A program made the position numbers and the translations under genes. A DNA stretch of 64,000 nt, taken from Erysipelotrichaceae bacterium. Its GTDB lineage: Bacteria; Bacillota_I; Bacilli_A; RFN20; CAG-826. Shown one piece after another: positions 1 through 9,410 of this stretch; the stretch's first letter is position 1, and every line of letters begins with the position of its first letter. Under the pieces are notes generated by a model. It was not told where the DNA came from. It did no database searches and was given only the letters and a program-made list of their open reading frames with translations. The stretch spans positions 10,092 through 74,091 of the forward strand of contig CAVAGB010000001.1 of assembly GCA_963588055.1 (NCBI GenBank), given 5' to 3'.

Positions 1-1106
1 CCCTCCGCATCGTCGACCTCGACGAGATGGAGGACCGCGACGTCTCCACCCTCTCCGGCGGTCAGCAGCAGAGGGTCGCCATCGCCAGGGCCATCGTCAA
101 CGAGCCGAAGGTCCTGCTCCTAGACGAGCCGCTTTCCGCCCTCGACCACAAGATGAGAAAGGACATGCAGGTAGAGCTCAAGGAGATGCATAAGAAATTG
201 GGCATCACCTTCCTCTACGTCACCCACGACCAGGAGGAGGCCCTTTCGATGTCTGACCGCATCGTCGTCATGAAGAGGGGCGTCATCCAGCAGGTGGGCA
301 CCCCCGAGGAGATCTACAACGAGCCCGTGAACGCCTTCGTCGCGGACTTCATCGGCGAAAGCAACATCTATAACGGGACGATGGTCGGCAAGAAAAAGGT
401 CCGCTTCATCGGGGCGAGCTGGGACTGCGTCGACGACTTCCCCTTAAACGAGAAGGTCGACATCGTCATCCGCCCAGAGGACGTCTTGATCGGCGAACCC
501 GGCCAAGGGATAGTCGACGGGACCATTACCTCCAAGAACTTCAAGGGCGTCCATTACGAATTCATCGTGCGCGTGGGCAAGAACGAGGTCCTCTGCCGCG
601 ACACCCATGACCACGAAGTGGGGGCGGTTATCTCCATCCGCGTCGAGAAGGAGAACCTCCAGATCATGCACAAGGAGCTCACCGAGAACGAATACACCGA
701 CGCCTACATCGACGGCGATGGCAAGGTGGTCATCGGGGAGGACGCTTACGACTGCATCCTCTCTCGCCTCATCCCCGGCTCGAAGCTAAACGAGGACGGC
801 ACCGTCTACGATCCCAAGACCCAAAAGAACTATTCCTTCAAAGACGCCGACGTCGTCGCCGAGGTCGACCTCGACAAAATCGAGCTCTCCGACGATCTCT
901 CTACCGGCGTCGCCCAGGGGCAGATCGTCGCCTCCGTCTGGATCGGCGACCATTATCAGTACATCGTCCGCACCGACGACGACGAGGATTACGTCGTCAA
1001 CTCCCCCTATACCTGGAACGAGGGGGACATGGTCTCCGTCTCGATCGACAAAAAGGACATCAGGCTCCGTTTGAAGGGGAGCCTTGATTCCTACGTGGTG
1101 GAATGA
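1..1106 (+). CDS. potA: Spermidine/putrescine-type ABC transporter ATP-binding protein, 5'-truncated by the window edge, with a long C-terminal regulatory extension
   Basis: The frame is open to the window start. Translation enters at the ABC signature and Walker B region (LSGGQQQRVAIARA...LLLDEPLSALD...VTHDQEEA). PotB/C/D-like genes follow. About 320 aa follow Walker B, which is longer than I expect for PotA. Confidence 0.85.
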   Translation, partial: LRIVDLDEMEDRDVSTLSGGQQQRVAIARAIVNEPKVLLLDEPLSALDHKMRKDMQVELKEMHKKLGITFLYVTHDQEEALSMSDRIVVMKRGVIQQVGTPEEIYNEPVNAFVADFIGESNIYNGTMVGKKKVRFIGASWDCVDDFPLNEKVDIVIRPEDVLIGEPGQGIVDGTITSKNFKGVHYEFIVRVGKNEVLCRDTHDHEVGAVISIRVEKENLQIMHKELTENEYTDAYIDGDGKVVIGEDAYDCILSRLIPGSKLNEDGTVYDPKTQKNYSFKDADVVAEVDLDKIELSDDLSTGVAQGQIVASVWIGDHYQYIVRTDDDEDYVVNSPYTWNEGDMVSVSIDKKDIRLRLKGSLDSYVVE

Positions 1107-1107
1107 A

Positions 1108-1941
1108 ATGAGCGGCGCGAAAGTCAGACGCTTCTTCCGATTCAAGCGGAAGTACCTCAATTTCCCTTACCTCGTCTTCCTCTCCCTTTTCGTCATACTG
1201 CCGATCCTCATCATCGTGGTGTATGCCTTCACGGGGACCGACGCGAACGGGAACCTCTATTTCTCCTTCGACGCGCTTGTGAGCTTCTTCACGACGCCGA
1301 CGAAGATCAACATCCTCGTCGTGTCCTTGTTCATCGGGATTCTCAACACCCTCATCTGCCTGTTGATTGGCTACCCGATCGCCTATCTGTTGGCTAATCC
1401 CAAAATCAACAAGAACTTCATGCTCGTGATGCTCTTCATCATGCCGATGTGGATCAACTTCGTCCTCCGCACCGGGGCGACGCGCGACGTCCTCTCTTTC
1501 CTTGGCATCAACGGGGGCAACCATCCTTATCTAGCGACGATGATCGGCATGGTGTATAACTACCTGCCTTTCACGATCCTTCCTTTGTATACGACGATGA
1601 TCAAGCTCGACCGCTCGCAGATCGAGGCGGCGCGCGACTTGGGGGCCAACCCCTTCCAGACCTTCATCCACGCGATCCTCCCGCAGAGCGTCCCGGGCAT
1701 CGTCAGCGCTTGCGAGATGGTCTTCATGCCGACGATCTCCTCTTACGTCATCTCCGACACCCTCTCGGAAGGCAAGATCACCCTCTTCGGCAACATCATC
1801 TACCTGCATTTCTCCCAGTCCCAATGGAACGAGGGCTCCTTCATGGCTTTGGTCATGCTGATCCTCGTCTTCGCCTCGATGTTCCTCAGCCGCAAATTCG
1901 GCAAGGAGAACGCAAATCCCAGAGGAGGTCAGCTATGGTAA
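1108..1941 (+). CDS. potB: Polyamine ABC transporter permease
   Basis: The ATG at 1108 lies 1 nt after the potA stop (TGA 1104-1106). The protein is multi-TM with a binding-protein-dependent permease fold (EAARDLGA motif). The track ORF starts at TTG 1084, but the ATG at 1108 is preferred. Confidence 0.85.
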   Translation: MSGAKVRRFFRFKRKYLNFPYLVFLSLFVILPILIIVVYAFTGTDANGNLYFSFDALVSFFTTPTKINILVVSLFIGILNTLICLLIGYPIAYLLANPKINKNFMLVMLFIMPMWINFVLRTGATRDVLSFLGINGGNHPYLATMIGMVYNYLPFTILPLYTTMIKLDRSQIEAARDLGANPFQTFIHAILPQSVPGIVSACEMVFMPTISSYVISDTLSEGKITLFGNIIYLHFSQSQWNEGSFMALVMLILVFASMFLSRKFGKENANPRGGQLW

Positions 1942-2852
1942 AGCAAAGAACCATGGACGCAGCCGGGCAGACCGAACGCCGCCTGGCCCATAAGGCGAAG
2001 GCCCTCAAGATCGTCGCCCAGTTCGTGATCTGGGCCGTCCTCATCCTCCTTTACGTCCCCATCCTCACTTTGATCGCCTATTCCTTCACCGAGAGCACGA
2101 ACATCGGCACCTGGATGGGCTTCAGCTTCGGGCTATACCGCGATCTTTTCCAAAGCGAAGAGATCATGACGGCTTTGGGGAACACCATCATCATCGCCCT
2201 CACCAGCTCGCTTTGCTCCGTCGTGCTTGGCACCTGCGGGGCGATAGGGGCCTTCTACTCGGGCAAGAAGATGCGCTCCTTCACCGAGTCGGTGACCGAG
2301 ATCCCGGTCGCCAACGCCGAGATCGTCATCGCGATGTCTTTGACCGTCCTCTTCGTCTTCGCCGGGACCTACATCTTCAACGGAACCAACATCTTCTCCT
2401 TCTGGACCCTGCTCATCGGGCACATCATCCTCTCGCTCCCTTTCGTCTACCTCTCCGTCAAGCCGAAGCTCCAGCAGATGGACCCCGCCCTTTATGAGGC
2501 GGCTCTCGATCTAGGCTGCACCCAGCGCCAGGCCCTTTGGAAGGTGACGATGCCTGAGATCCTCCCTGGCATCCTCTCCGGCTTTCTCCTCTCCATCACC
2601 CTCTCTTTGGACGATTTCATCGTCACCGCCTTCACTAGGGGCGCAGGGCTCCTTTCCGGGGAGAAGACGATCGACACCCTCTCCACCTTGGTCCAAGCCA
2701 AGATCAAGAAAGGCCCGATCCCCCCTGAGATGAGGGCTTTGACCACGATCATCTTCCTCTTCGTCCTTCTAGTCGTCATCGCCGTCACCGTCTATCAGAA
2801 CGTGTCCAAAAAGCGCACGAACAAGCACATGAAATGGAGGAAAGAGAAATGA
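1935..2852 (+). CDS. potC: Polyamine ABC transporter permease
   Basis: The in-frame ATG at 1935 overlaps the potB stop. The sequence MVKQRT...EAALDLGCTQRQALWKVTMPEILPG is a typical PotC-like EAA loop. The upstream part of track ORF 1710..2852 is an Arg/Pro/His-rich off-frame translation of potB. Confidence 0.85.
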   Translation: MVKQRTMDAAGQTERRLAHKAKALKIVAQFVIWAVLILLYVPILTLIAYSFTESTNIGTWMGFSFGLYRDLFQSEEIMTALGNTIIIALTSSLCSVVLGTCGAIGAFYSGKKMRSFTESVTEIPVANAEIVIAMSLTVLFVFAGTYIFNGTNIFSFWTLLIGHIILSLPFVYLSVKPKLQQMDPALYEAALDLGCTQRQALWKVTMPEILPGILSGFLLSITLSLDDFIVTAFTRGAGLLSGEKTIDTLSTLVQAKIKKGPIPPEMRALTTIIFLFVLLVVIAVTVYQNVSKKRTNKHMKWRKEK

Positions 2853-4804
2853 AACGCCAGAAACTCCGCAAAACCTCGCTTTTCCTTGGCCTCTCCCTTC
2901 TTTGCCTCGCTTCTTGCTCGGGCGCGAGTGGCGATGACGCCATCAACCTCCGCGTCCTCAACTGCGAGGACTACATCGGAGACGGCGTATTAGAGGCTTT
3001 CGAGACCTGGGAAAGGGAGACCAACCACAAGAACGTCAAGGTCATCTACGACACCTTCGACACGAATGAGACCATGCTCTCATCCCTCAAGACCGGGAAA
3101 TCCACCTACGACCTCATCTGCCCAAGCGACTACACCATCCAGAAGATGATGTCCTCCGGGATGCTTGAGCCCTTCGACGAGGGCAAGACGCCGAACTACT
3201 TCAAATACGTCTCGCCCTATCTGATCTCGCAACTAGAGAAGATAACCTCCGACGACGGCAGCGGAACCCAAAAGCCGATCGCCGATTACTCGCGCGGCTA
3301 CATGTGGGGCACTTTGGGCGTGCTCTACAACCCCTCCAAAGTGGCTTCAGACAAAGGGCTAGACGAAGACGAGGTCAAATACGACATGGCCTCCTGGGGC
3401 TCTTTATGGGAGAGCAAATACAACCTCGAGATGTCGGTGAAGGACTCGATGAGGGACACCTATTCCGTCGGCATCATGAAGACCTACGAGGACGACATCC
3501 TCGAAGCGATGAAGGAGTCCGGCTGCTTCGACATGGATAGCCTGCAGCTGCTCGAAGGGAAATACGACGAGGCTTTGGACACCGCCGGGGACAATCCCAA
3601 CGCCTATTCCCATAAGCTCTCGGAGATCTTCAACCGCTGCGACAAAGACGAGGTAGCTGAGGTCGAGAAATTCCTCATGGCGCTTAAAGCCAACGTCTTC
3701 GGCTTCGAGGTCGACTCCGGCAAAGACGACATCGTCAAAGGCCTCGTCGGCATGAACCTCGCCTGGAGCGGGGACGCGGTCTATTCGATGGATAGGGGCG
3801 ATAACGAAGGAGACAACGGCAACGGCATCTCCATCTATTACAGCATCCCCAAGACCGGCGGCAACATCTGGTTCGACGGCTGGGTGATGCCCAAATCCTC
3901 TTCTTTGCATAAGGAGGAGGCGCAGGAGTTCGTCGATTTCCTGAGCCTTCCCGACATCGCCGCTTTGGGCATGGACACGATCGGCTACACCTCCTTCGTG
4001 GCGGGGGATACGATTCTGAGCCTCATCAGGCAGTGGTACGACCCAAGGACCTACCAGATGTACGTTTACCACGACGCCGAATCCTGGGAGGACAGCGATT
4101 TCGTCTACGATGAATCCGAAGACCCTGAGGCGGAAGAAGGCTATGAAGACCATGGCTCCTACTATTCCTACGGCGGAAATTCCTACGATACGGATACCGG
4201 CATCCTCCTTAAGGATGGAACGGGGATAGACGAGGAAAGCGGAGACGACCATGGGCCTTATGACATGGTCGGCTCGACTTACGAAGAGGCCGTCGTGGAC
4301 GGCAAGGCCATGGCTTGGGAAGATTACCTCGAGATGGCGAATAAGAGCCTTTCTGAGGACGAGCAGCTTTCCTGGACCGTCCGCGATCTGACCTACATGT
4401 TCGAAGGGACTTTGGAGGAGGCGCCTTCTTCCCTCGGCGACACCCCCGGGACGAACCCTTATCTTTTCTACAGCGACGAGATCGAGTCCATCGAATCCCC
4501 TTATGGGGATGGCGGGACAATCGAGGCGGGGAGGCAGTTCTACGCCCAATACCCCGACAAGAACCTCATCCCGAAGCTCTCCGTGATGAAGGATTACGGC
4601 TACAACAACAAGTACGTCCTCTCAATGTGGGAGAACGTCAAAGGCAACAACCTGCCCATTTGGGGCGTCGTCGTCTTCTCGATCCTCCTCGCCGTGCTGG
4701 TGGCGGTGGTGATCTCCGGGCTCGTGGTCAAGATGCAGTATCGGAAAATCAAAATCGCGCGCAGGAAAGAGATCGCGAAAGAAGTCGAAGAGCAGAACGA
4801 GTGA
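2849..4804 (+). CDS. potD: PotD-like polyamine-binding lipoprotein, unusually long (651 aa), with an acidic insertion and a C-terminal TM helix
   Basis: The ATG at 2849 forms an ATGA overlap with the potC stop, and a GGAGGAAAGAG SD lies upstream. The signal peptide carries the lipobox LCLASC. It sits in the fourth position of a pot operon. The C-terminus has a hydrophobic helix (IWGVVVFSILLAVLVAVVISGLVV) followed by a basic tail. Confidence 0.75.
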   Translation: MKRQKLRKTSLFLGLSLLCLASCSGASGDDAINLRVLNCEDYIGDGVLEAFETWERETNHKNVKVIYDTFDTNETMLSSLKTGKSTYDLICPSDYTIQKMMSSGMLEPFDEGKTPNYFKYVSPYLISQLEKITSDDGSGTQKPIADYSRGYMWGTLGVLYNPSKVASDKGLDEDEVKYDMASWGSLWESKYNLEMSVKDSMRDTYSVGIMKTYEDDILEAMKESGCFDMDSLQLLEGKYDEALDTAGDNPNAYSHKLSEIFNRCDKDEVAEVEKFLMALKANVFGFEVDSGKDDIVKGLVGMNLAWSGDAVYSMDRGDNEGDNGNGISIYYSIPKTGGNIWFDGWVMPKSSSLHKEEAQEFVDFLSLPDIAALGMDTIGYTSFVAGDTILSLIRQWYDPRTYQMYVYHDAESWEDSDFVYDESEDPEAEEGYEDHGSYYSYGGNSYDTDTGILLKDGTGIDEESGDDHGPYDMVGSTYEEAVVDGKAMAWEDYLEMANKSLSEDEQLSWTVRDLTYMFEGTLEEAPSSLGDTPGTNPYLFYSDEIESIESPYGDGGTIEAGRQFYAQYPDKNLIPKLSVMKDYGYNNKYVLSMWENVKGNNLPIWGVVVFSILLAVLVAVVISGLVVKMQYRKIKIARRKEIAKEVEEQNE

Positions 4805-4888
4805 GCCTTCAGAAGGAAGAGGGGAAAAGCCCGCTCCCTTTCTCCAACACCCATTTTGAAAGTAGTCCTTCCCCCCTCTTTTTGAGGG

Positions 4889-4897
4889 TGATATAAT
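4889..4897 (+). promoter_or_regulatory. Extended -10 promoter element (TGATATAAT) for the tRNA-Cys/tRNA-Arg unit
   Basis: TG-n-TATAAT lies at 4889-4897, about 10 nt upstream of the tRNA-Cys 5' end. No good -35 was seen. Confidence 0.35.
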
Positions 4898-4906
4898 CCG
4901 CTTGCT

Positions 4907-4980
4907 GCATCCGTAGCCAAGCGGTAAGGCAAGTGACTGCAACTCACTGATCGTCGGTTCAATTCCGGCCGGATGCTCCA
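4907..4980 (+). tRNA. tRNA-Cys (GCA)
   Basis: A 74-nt cloverleaf was folded by hand. Acceptor stem GCATCCG/CGGATGC; anticodon arm AGTGA-CTGCAAC-TCACT; T arm GTCGG-TTCAATT-CCGGC; encoded CCA. Confidence 0.9.
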
Positions 4981-5044
4981 AAAATGTTAGTTGCTTGCCT
5001 TTGGCAAGTGGACTATAGTATGCAGGCTGTCATCGGCAGCCAAT

Positions 5045-5121
5045 GCGCCCGTAGCTCAACTGGATAGAGTATCAGACTACGAATCTGGGGGTTGTGGGTT
5101 CGAGTCCCCCCGGGCGCACCA
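5045..5121 (+). tRNA. tRNA-Arg (ACG)
   Basis: A 77-nt cloverleaf. Acceptor GCGCCCG/CGGGCGC; anticodon loop CTACGAA; T loop TTCGAGT; encoded CCA. Confidence 0.9.
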
Positions 5122-5132
5122 TCGACATCAAA

Positions 5133-5157
5133 GGGCTGGCGGAATGCCGGCCCTTTT
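5133..5157 (+). terminator. Rho-independent terminator after the tRNA pair
   Basis: Stem GGGCTGGC / GCCGGCCC (one G:U pair), loop GGAAT, followed by TTTT. Confidence 0.7.
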
Positions 5158-5516
5158 GCGTAGATAAGCGGGTTTTGCGGGGATTTCAGTTGACGCTTTT
5201 TGCGTTCGCTTTCTTTGACAAAAGCATTTCTTTCGCTGATTTTGAGGAAGGCGCGAAGGATGAAGCTCCCATAGCGGATGAACGAAATAGCCGTATGTAG
5301 AAAAGAGTCATTATGGTCGGCGCGCGGAAGAACCCTGCAAAGAGATGAAGAGAACCCTTGCGGCAAGGGAATCGAAGTCAAAAATGGGGCCTTTTTGGCT
5401 TTAACCACTTGATTCTTTTCGTTTGCAACCGATAGTTGCGGCGTTGAAAAGCAGAGTTTCTTGTCCGGGACTGGACGCAGCTACAATCTAAAGACGTTCA
5501 AAAAGGAGAAACGAAT

Positions 5517-6407
5517 ATGAACATCGAAATCGCAAATAGACTGGTTAACCTGAGGAAGAAGAACGGGCTCTCGCAGGAGGAGTTGGCTGCCAAACTCGGG
5601 CTTTCGCGCCAGGCCGTGTCCAAATGGGAGAGGGCGGAAGCCTCGCCCGATACCGATAACCTCATTTGCCTCGCCAAACTCTATGGCGTCTCTTTGGATG
5701 AACTGCTCAAGACCGATGACGATGTGGAAACCATCGTCAAGGAGCAGACGAAGAAAGAAGCCCCCGAAACCGACCCCCAAGAGGAGGACGAGGAAGATGA
5801 AGAAGAGAAAAACGATGAGGAAGAAGACAAAAGCAATCCCTCCTCGAAAGAATCCTTCTATATAGGATCCAAAGGGATCCACATCAAAGACGGGGATGAG
5901 GAGGTCCACATCGGGCCCCATGGGATCTACGTCCATGATAGCGATGGCTCGGAAGTCAACCTCGGCTCAGGATCAGGCTATTCCTGGCGCTGGGAGGATA
6001 AAAGCAAGATCCGCCTCGTCGAAGGCATCGTGACCGGCTCCTTGCTTTTCCTCATCACCGCCGCCTACGTCATCTGCGGCTGCTTGATTCCCGGCGTATG
6101 GGGCTGGGGCTGGGTCGCTTTCTTCGCGGTTCCTCTGGCAGCCTCGATCTTCGAGACCATCCGCAGCAGGACCTTCGCCTCTTTCTTGGGCGAGGTCGTC
6201 TTCCTTTCCTGCATCGCTTATTTCGCCATGGGCTACGCCGCTGGGCTATGGCATCCTGGCTGGGTGGTTTTCCTATCCATCCCTTTGTACGCGATCGTGG
6301 GAGGCTTGCTGGACAAATGCCTGCAGAAGTCCCCTGAAATCAAGTTCGAAGGCACGGAAAAAGGGGATGTGGTGTTCAGCCAAGACGACGAAGAAGAGAA
6401 GAAGTGA
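5517..6407 (+). CDS. XRE-family HTH protein with an acidic linker and a C-terminal multi-TM domain
   Basis: The N-terminus LRKKNGLSQEELAAKLGLSRQAVSKWERAEASPDTDNLICLAKLYGVSLDELL is a classic HTH_3. An EEDEEDEEEKNDEEEDK linker follows, then about 4 hydrophobic helices. AAAGGAG SD lies upstream. Confidence 0.7.
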   Translation: MNIEIANRLVNLRKKNGLSQEELAAKLGLSRQAVSKWERAEASPDTDNLICLAKLYGVSLDELLKTDDDVETIVKEQTKKEAPETDPQEEDEEDEEEKNDEEEDKSNPSSKESFYIGSKGIHIKDGDEEVHIGPHGIYVHDSDGSEVNLGSGSGYSWRWEDKSKIRLVEGIVTGSLLFLITAAYVICGCLIPGVWGWGWVAFFAVPLAASIFETIRSRTFASFLGEVVFLSCIAYFAMGYAAGLWHPGWVVFLSIPLYAIVGGLLDKCLQKSPEIKFEGTEKGDVVFSQDDEEEKK

Positions 6408-6428
6408 ATGGAGGCCTTGGGCCTCTTT

Positions 6429-7616
6429 TCATTTGGAGGCGGTGAGGCGGTATTTGCTGGGGGTGAGGCCCGTCTTCTTCTTGAAGACCTTGCTGAAGTA
6501 GTTGTTGTCAGGGTAGCCAACGAGGCTAGCGACCTCGGAGATTGCGAAGGCGTTGTCGTGAAGCAATTCCTCCGCGCGCAGCATCCTTATGTCCTCCATA
6601 TAGTCGCCTATCGCCTTCCCAGTTTCCTTCTTGAAGAGGTGCGAAAGGTAGAATTTGTTCACGCTGAACCGCTTCGAGAGCTCTTCCAAAGTGGTCGGCT
6701 GGTTGTAATGGACGAAGAGGTATTCGCATGCGTCCTTGACCAAGGGGCTTTCGCATTTGGTGTTAACGAGGTAATCGCGCACCTCGCCCGTGAGTTCCAC
6801 GGCGAGCGCGCTAAGGCATTTGAATTGCTCGTTGGGCGAAGAGGCGAGCATAATCTGGGTGTGCTTGGAGATTATGCGGTCGATGATGGGGACGGGAAGG
6901 CCGCTTTTCTCCGCCGATTTCCTTAGCAAGGTGCGGTAAGAGGCCATGGCGGCTTGGGGGTTGGAGGTGTAGAACTTCGTGAGGTAATCCTCCTGAAAGA
7001 CGGAGGAGATATTTTCCAAAGCGAGCTTTATCTCCTCCACGCGCCCATGCTCCACCTGGTAAAGCAAGTTGTTCTCGATCTCGTATTTCTCGTAGATCGC
7101 TTTCTCTGCTAGGTCGCCTTCCTGGAACTGCCTCTTCGTGATCCTCTCCTTGTTGTCCTTGAAGTGATTCACTTTCTGGTAGACGTAGGCGTGCTCGTTC
7201 TTCGCGTCGATGGCGTTGATTAGGGAGTTGAGAGTCTGCTCTATATGATAGGAATCGCGCACGGGCAAATCGAAATACTGCATCTTCAAAGATTCGAGCA
7301 AAGAGAAGGGGATGAGGTTCTGGGCGCCGATCTTGGTGATCTCTGTCTCGCTTAGGAACCTCTTGAGGTAGGGGCCCACGAAGAAGACGGCCCCTTCGAA
7401 CTTGAAGATGAAGAGCCTTTCATTGAGGTTGTCGATGAGTTCGTAATAGGCGTTCTCTTCAATATCTTTAATGAAAGAGGAAAGAAATTCCTCGCTGAAT
7501 TCCAAGGAGAAGCGGTGGGGGTTCTTCTCCTTCTCGAACTTATCCAAATTCCCGTCTATGATGCGGACTTCCGTGTCGATGACGCTCCTGATGAGCCTTG
7601 CTAAAAGCGCGACCAT
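6429..7616 (-). CDS. AraC-family transcriptional regulator
   Basis: The C-terminal dual HTH (LEELSKRFSVNKFYLSHLFKKETGKAIGDYMEDIRMLRAEELL...ISEVASLVGYPDNNYFSKVFKKKTGLTPSKYR) is typical of AraC/XylS. It is divergent from the sugar transporter gene. Confidence 0.8.
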   Translation of the reverse strand: MVALLARLIRSVIDTEVRIIDGNLDKFEKEKNPHRFSLEFSEEFLSSFIKDIEENAYYELIDNLNERLFIFKFEGAVFFVGPYLKRFLSETEITKIGAQNLIPFSLLESLKMQYFDLPVRDSYHIEQTLNSLINAIDAKNEHAYVYQKVNHFKDNKERITKRQFQEGDLAEKAIYEKYEIENNLLYQVEHGRVEEIKLALENISSVFQEDYLTKFYTSNPQAAMASYRTLLRKSAEKSGLPVPIIDRIISKHTQIMLASSPNEQFKCLSALAVELTGEVRDYLVNTKCESPLVKDACEYLFVHYNQPTTLEELSKRFSVNKFYLSHLFKKETGKAIGDYMEDIRMLRAEELLHDNAFAISEVASLVGYPDNNYFSKVFKKKTGLTPSKYRLTASK

Positions 7617-7724
7617 AGACGAATTATAGCAAGATAATGCTATTCAAGAGCAAAAGCGTTCTAATTGAAAGGGCTTTCCTTGTTGTAATCTCAATCCAAC
7701 GAAATATTCTTTAAGGAGAATCTT

Positions 7725-9368
7725 ATGAAAGAAGATGTTTCACAAACGCCTTATAGAAGAGCCAAGACCTGGCACGTCGCGCTCGGCAGCATGACCGGCG
7801 TGATCCAGATGGCCTTCTATGTCCTTTTAGGCTACGCGGCCTACATCGGCAACCTCGGCTACGCAATCACGACCGCGATCGTCGGCGTGCTCATCACCCT
7901 CTCGCGCGTCTTCGACAGCGTCACCGACCCGCTAATCGCCATGATCATCGAGAAGTTCAACTCGAAGTTTGGCAAGATGCGCTTCTTCCTCATCATCGGC
8001 TGGGCCCTCATGGCCATCGCGACCACCTTGCTCTGCAACGTCTTCGCCGGGAAGTTCACCTTCGCGGACGAAGCCAGGACGCTCTCCAGCCCCTTAGGCG
8101 TCACCGTCTTCATCTTGATCTACGCTCTCTACATCATCGGCTACACCTTCGCCAGCTGCACTGGCAACATGATCGGGAACATCCTCACCAACGACCCCAA
8201 GCAGCGCCCGATGCTCGGCGTTTGGCAGACCATCTACTCCTATCTCTCCCCGATGATCGTCAGCATGGTCATCATCACCGCCCTTCTCCCGAAGTTCGGC
8301 AGCCCGACGGCCGATGGCACCGATTTCCAATGGACCAATCAGGTCTTCTTCTACGCGAACTTCCTGGTCGTCGGCGTTTCCTTCATCGCCCTAATCCTCA
8401 CCTGCATCGGCCTCACCCCTTACGACAAGCCCGAGAACTTCGTCGGCATCAAGAAGAACAAGGCCTCCTTCAAGGACATGTGGCTCCTGGTCAAAGAAAA
8501 CAAGGAGTTCCGCAGATACATCGTCGCCGCCAGCAGCGACAAGCTCGCCCAGACCGTCTCCTCCCAGTCGGTCATCTCCACTTTGCTCTATAGCGTCCTC
8601 CTCGGCAGCATGGTCGGGTCCTCGATCGTCTCCGTCGTCGCGATGCTCCCAAGCATCGTCTTCGCCTTCCTCGGCGCGAAGCTCGCCGGCAAGCAAGGCA
8701 ACCGCAAGGTCATGATCATCTGGTCGTGGATCTGCATCGCCTGGAACGTCCTCTTCTCCCTCTTCATCATGTTCGTCCCCGAGAAGAGCGCGAGCTCCTT
8801 CGGCTTCTCGCTCATCCTCTTCTTCATTTTGATGCTAGGCAACAACGCCGTCAAAATGGTCGTCAGCTCCGCCACCGGAGCCATGAGGATGGACGTCGTC
8901 GACTATGAGCTGGAAAGGTCCGGGCGCTATCTCCCCGCGACTGTCTCCGCCGCCTATTCCTTCATCGACAAGCTCATCAGCGCGCTCGCTCCGATGCTCG
9001 CTACCTTGCTGATCGGCTTCGTCGGATACACCGGGGACAAGATCCCGCAGGCTGGCGATGAGCTCACCGTTGGCATCCGCATCATCATCGTCGTCCTCTT
9101 CTGCGCTTTACCCATCATCGGCTGGCTGCTCAACATCCTCGCCATGCGCAAGTTCTCCCTCACCAAAGAGAGGATGGAGGAGATCCAAGAGAAGATCGCC
9201 GACGAGAAGAAAGCCGCCATCGCCGCTGAATCCGGCATGGCTGTTGCCCCCGCCGTCGAAAACGGGGATCCCGTCGACGCCTTGCAAGAGGAGGAGACGG
9301 AGCTAGTGAATCCCTCACCAGAGCCCGCCCCAATTGAAGAAAAGACGGAACCGAAGAAAGAAGACTAA
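7725..9368 (+). CDS. Glycoside-pentoside-hexuronide (GPH/MFS) family sugar:cation symporter
   Basis: About 12 predicted TM helices with the GPH-like N-terminal motif (LSRVFDSVTDPLIAMIIEK). It is the first gene of the glycosidase cluster. AAGGAG SD. Confidence 0.75.
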   Translation: MKEDVSQTPYRRAKTWHVALGSMTGVIQMAFYVLLGYAAYIGNLGYAITTAIVGVLITLSRVFDSVTDPLIAMIIEKFNSKFGKMRFFLIIGWALMAIATTLLCNVFAGKFTFADEARTLSSPLGVTVFILIYALYIIGYTFASCTGNMIGNILTNDPKQRPMLGVWQTIYSYLSPMIVSMVIITALLPKFGSPTADGTDFQWTNQVFFYANFLVVGVSFIALILTCIGLTPYDKPENFVGIKKNKASFKDMWLLVKENKEFRRYIVAASSDKLAQTVSSQSVISTLLYSVLLGSMVGSSIVSVVAMLPSIVFAFLGAKLAGKQGNRKVMIIWSWICIAWNVLFSLFIMFVPEKSASSFGFSLILFFILMLGNNAVKMVVSSATGAMRMDVVDYELERSGRYLPATVSAAYSFIDKLISALAPMLATLLIGFVGYTGDKIPQAGDELTVGIRIIIVVLFCALPIIGWLLNILAMRKFSLTKERMEEIQEKIADEKKAAIAAESGMAVAPAVENGDPVDALQEEETELVNPSPEPAPIEEKTEPKKED

Positions 9369-9373
9369 GGAAA

Positions 9374-9399
9374 GGAGGGCCTGCAAGGCCCTCCCTTTT
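9374..9399 (+). terminator. Strong hairpin with a T-tract between the transporter and GH2 genes (intra-operon terminator or attenuator)
   Basis: GGAGGGCCT-GCA-AGGCCCTCC is a perfect 9-bp stem, followed by CTTTT. The GH2 SD (GGAGG) begins immediately after it. Confidence 0.6.
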
Positions 9400-9410
9400 C
9401 GGAGGTGACT

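Noticed and set aside
3404-4549. Long antisense or off-frame ORFs in the track, for example 3404..4549(-), 10125..10754(-), 10782..11669(-), 27089..27868(-), 28989..29594(-), 41317..41940(-), 54856..55803(+), 55469..56329(-) and 50173..50796(-).
   Set aside because: Their translations are Arg/Pro/Gly/His/Asp-rich low-complexity strings, typical of wrong-frame reading of GC3-rich genes. Each lies entirely inside a well-supported gene with recognisable motifs.
5122-5516. Possible small RNA or riboswitch in the 395-bp gap between tRNA-Arg and the XRE gene.
   Set aside because: Only short, unrelated hairpins were seen (for example GCAAC-CGATA-GTTGC and CCCTTGC-GGCAAGGG). They match no RNA family I can recognise by eye. 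A covariance-model scan (Rfam/Infernal) would be needed.
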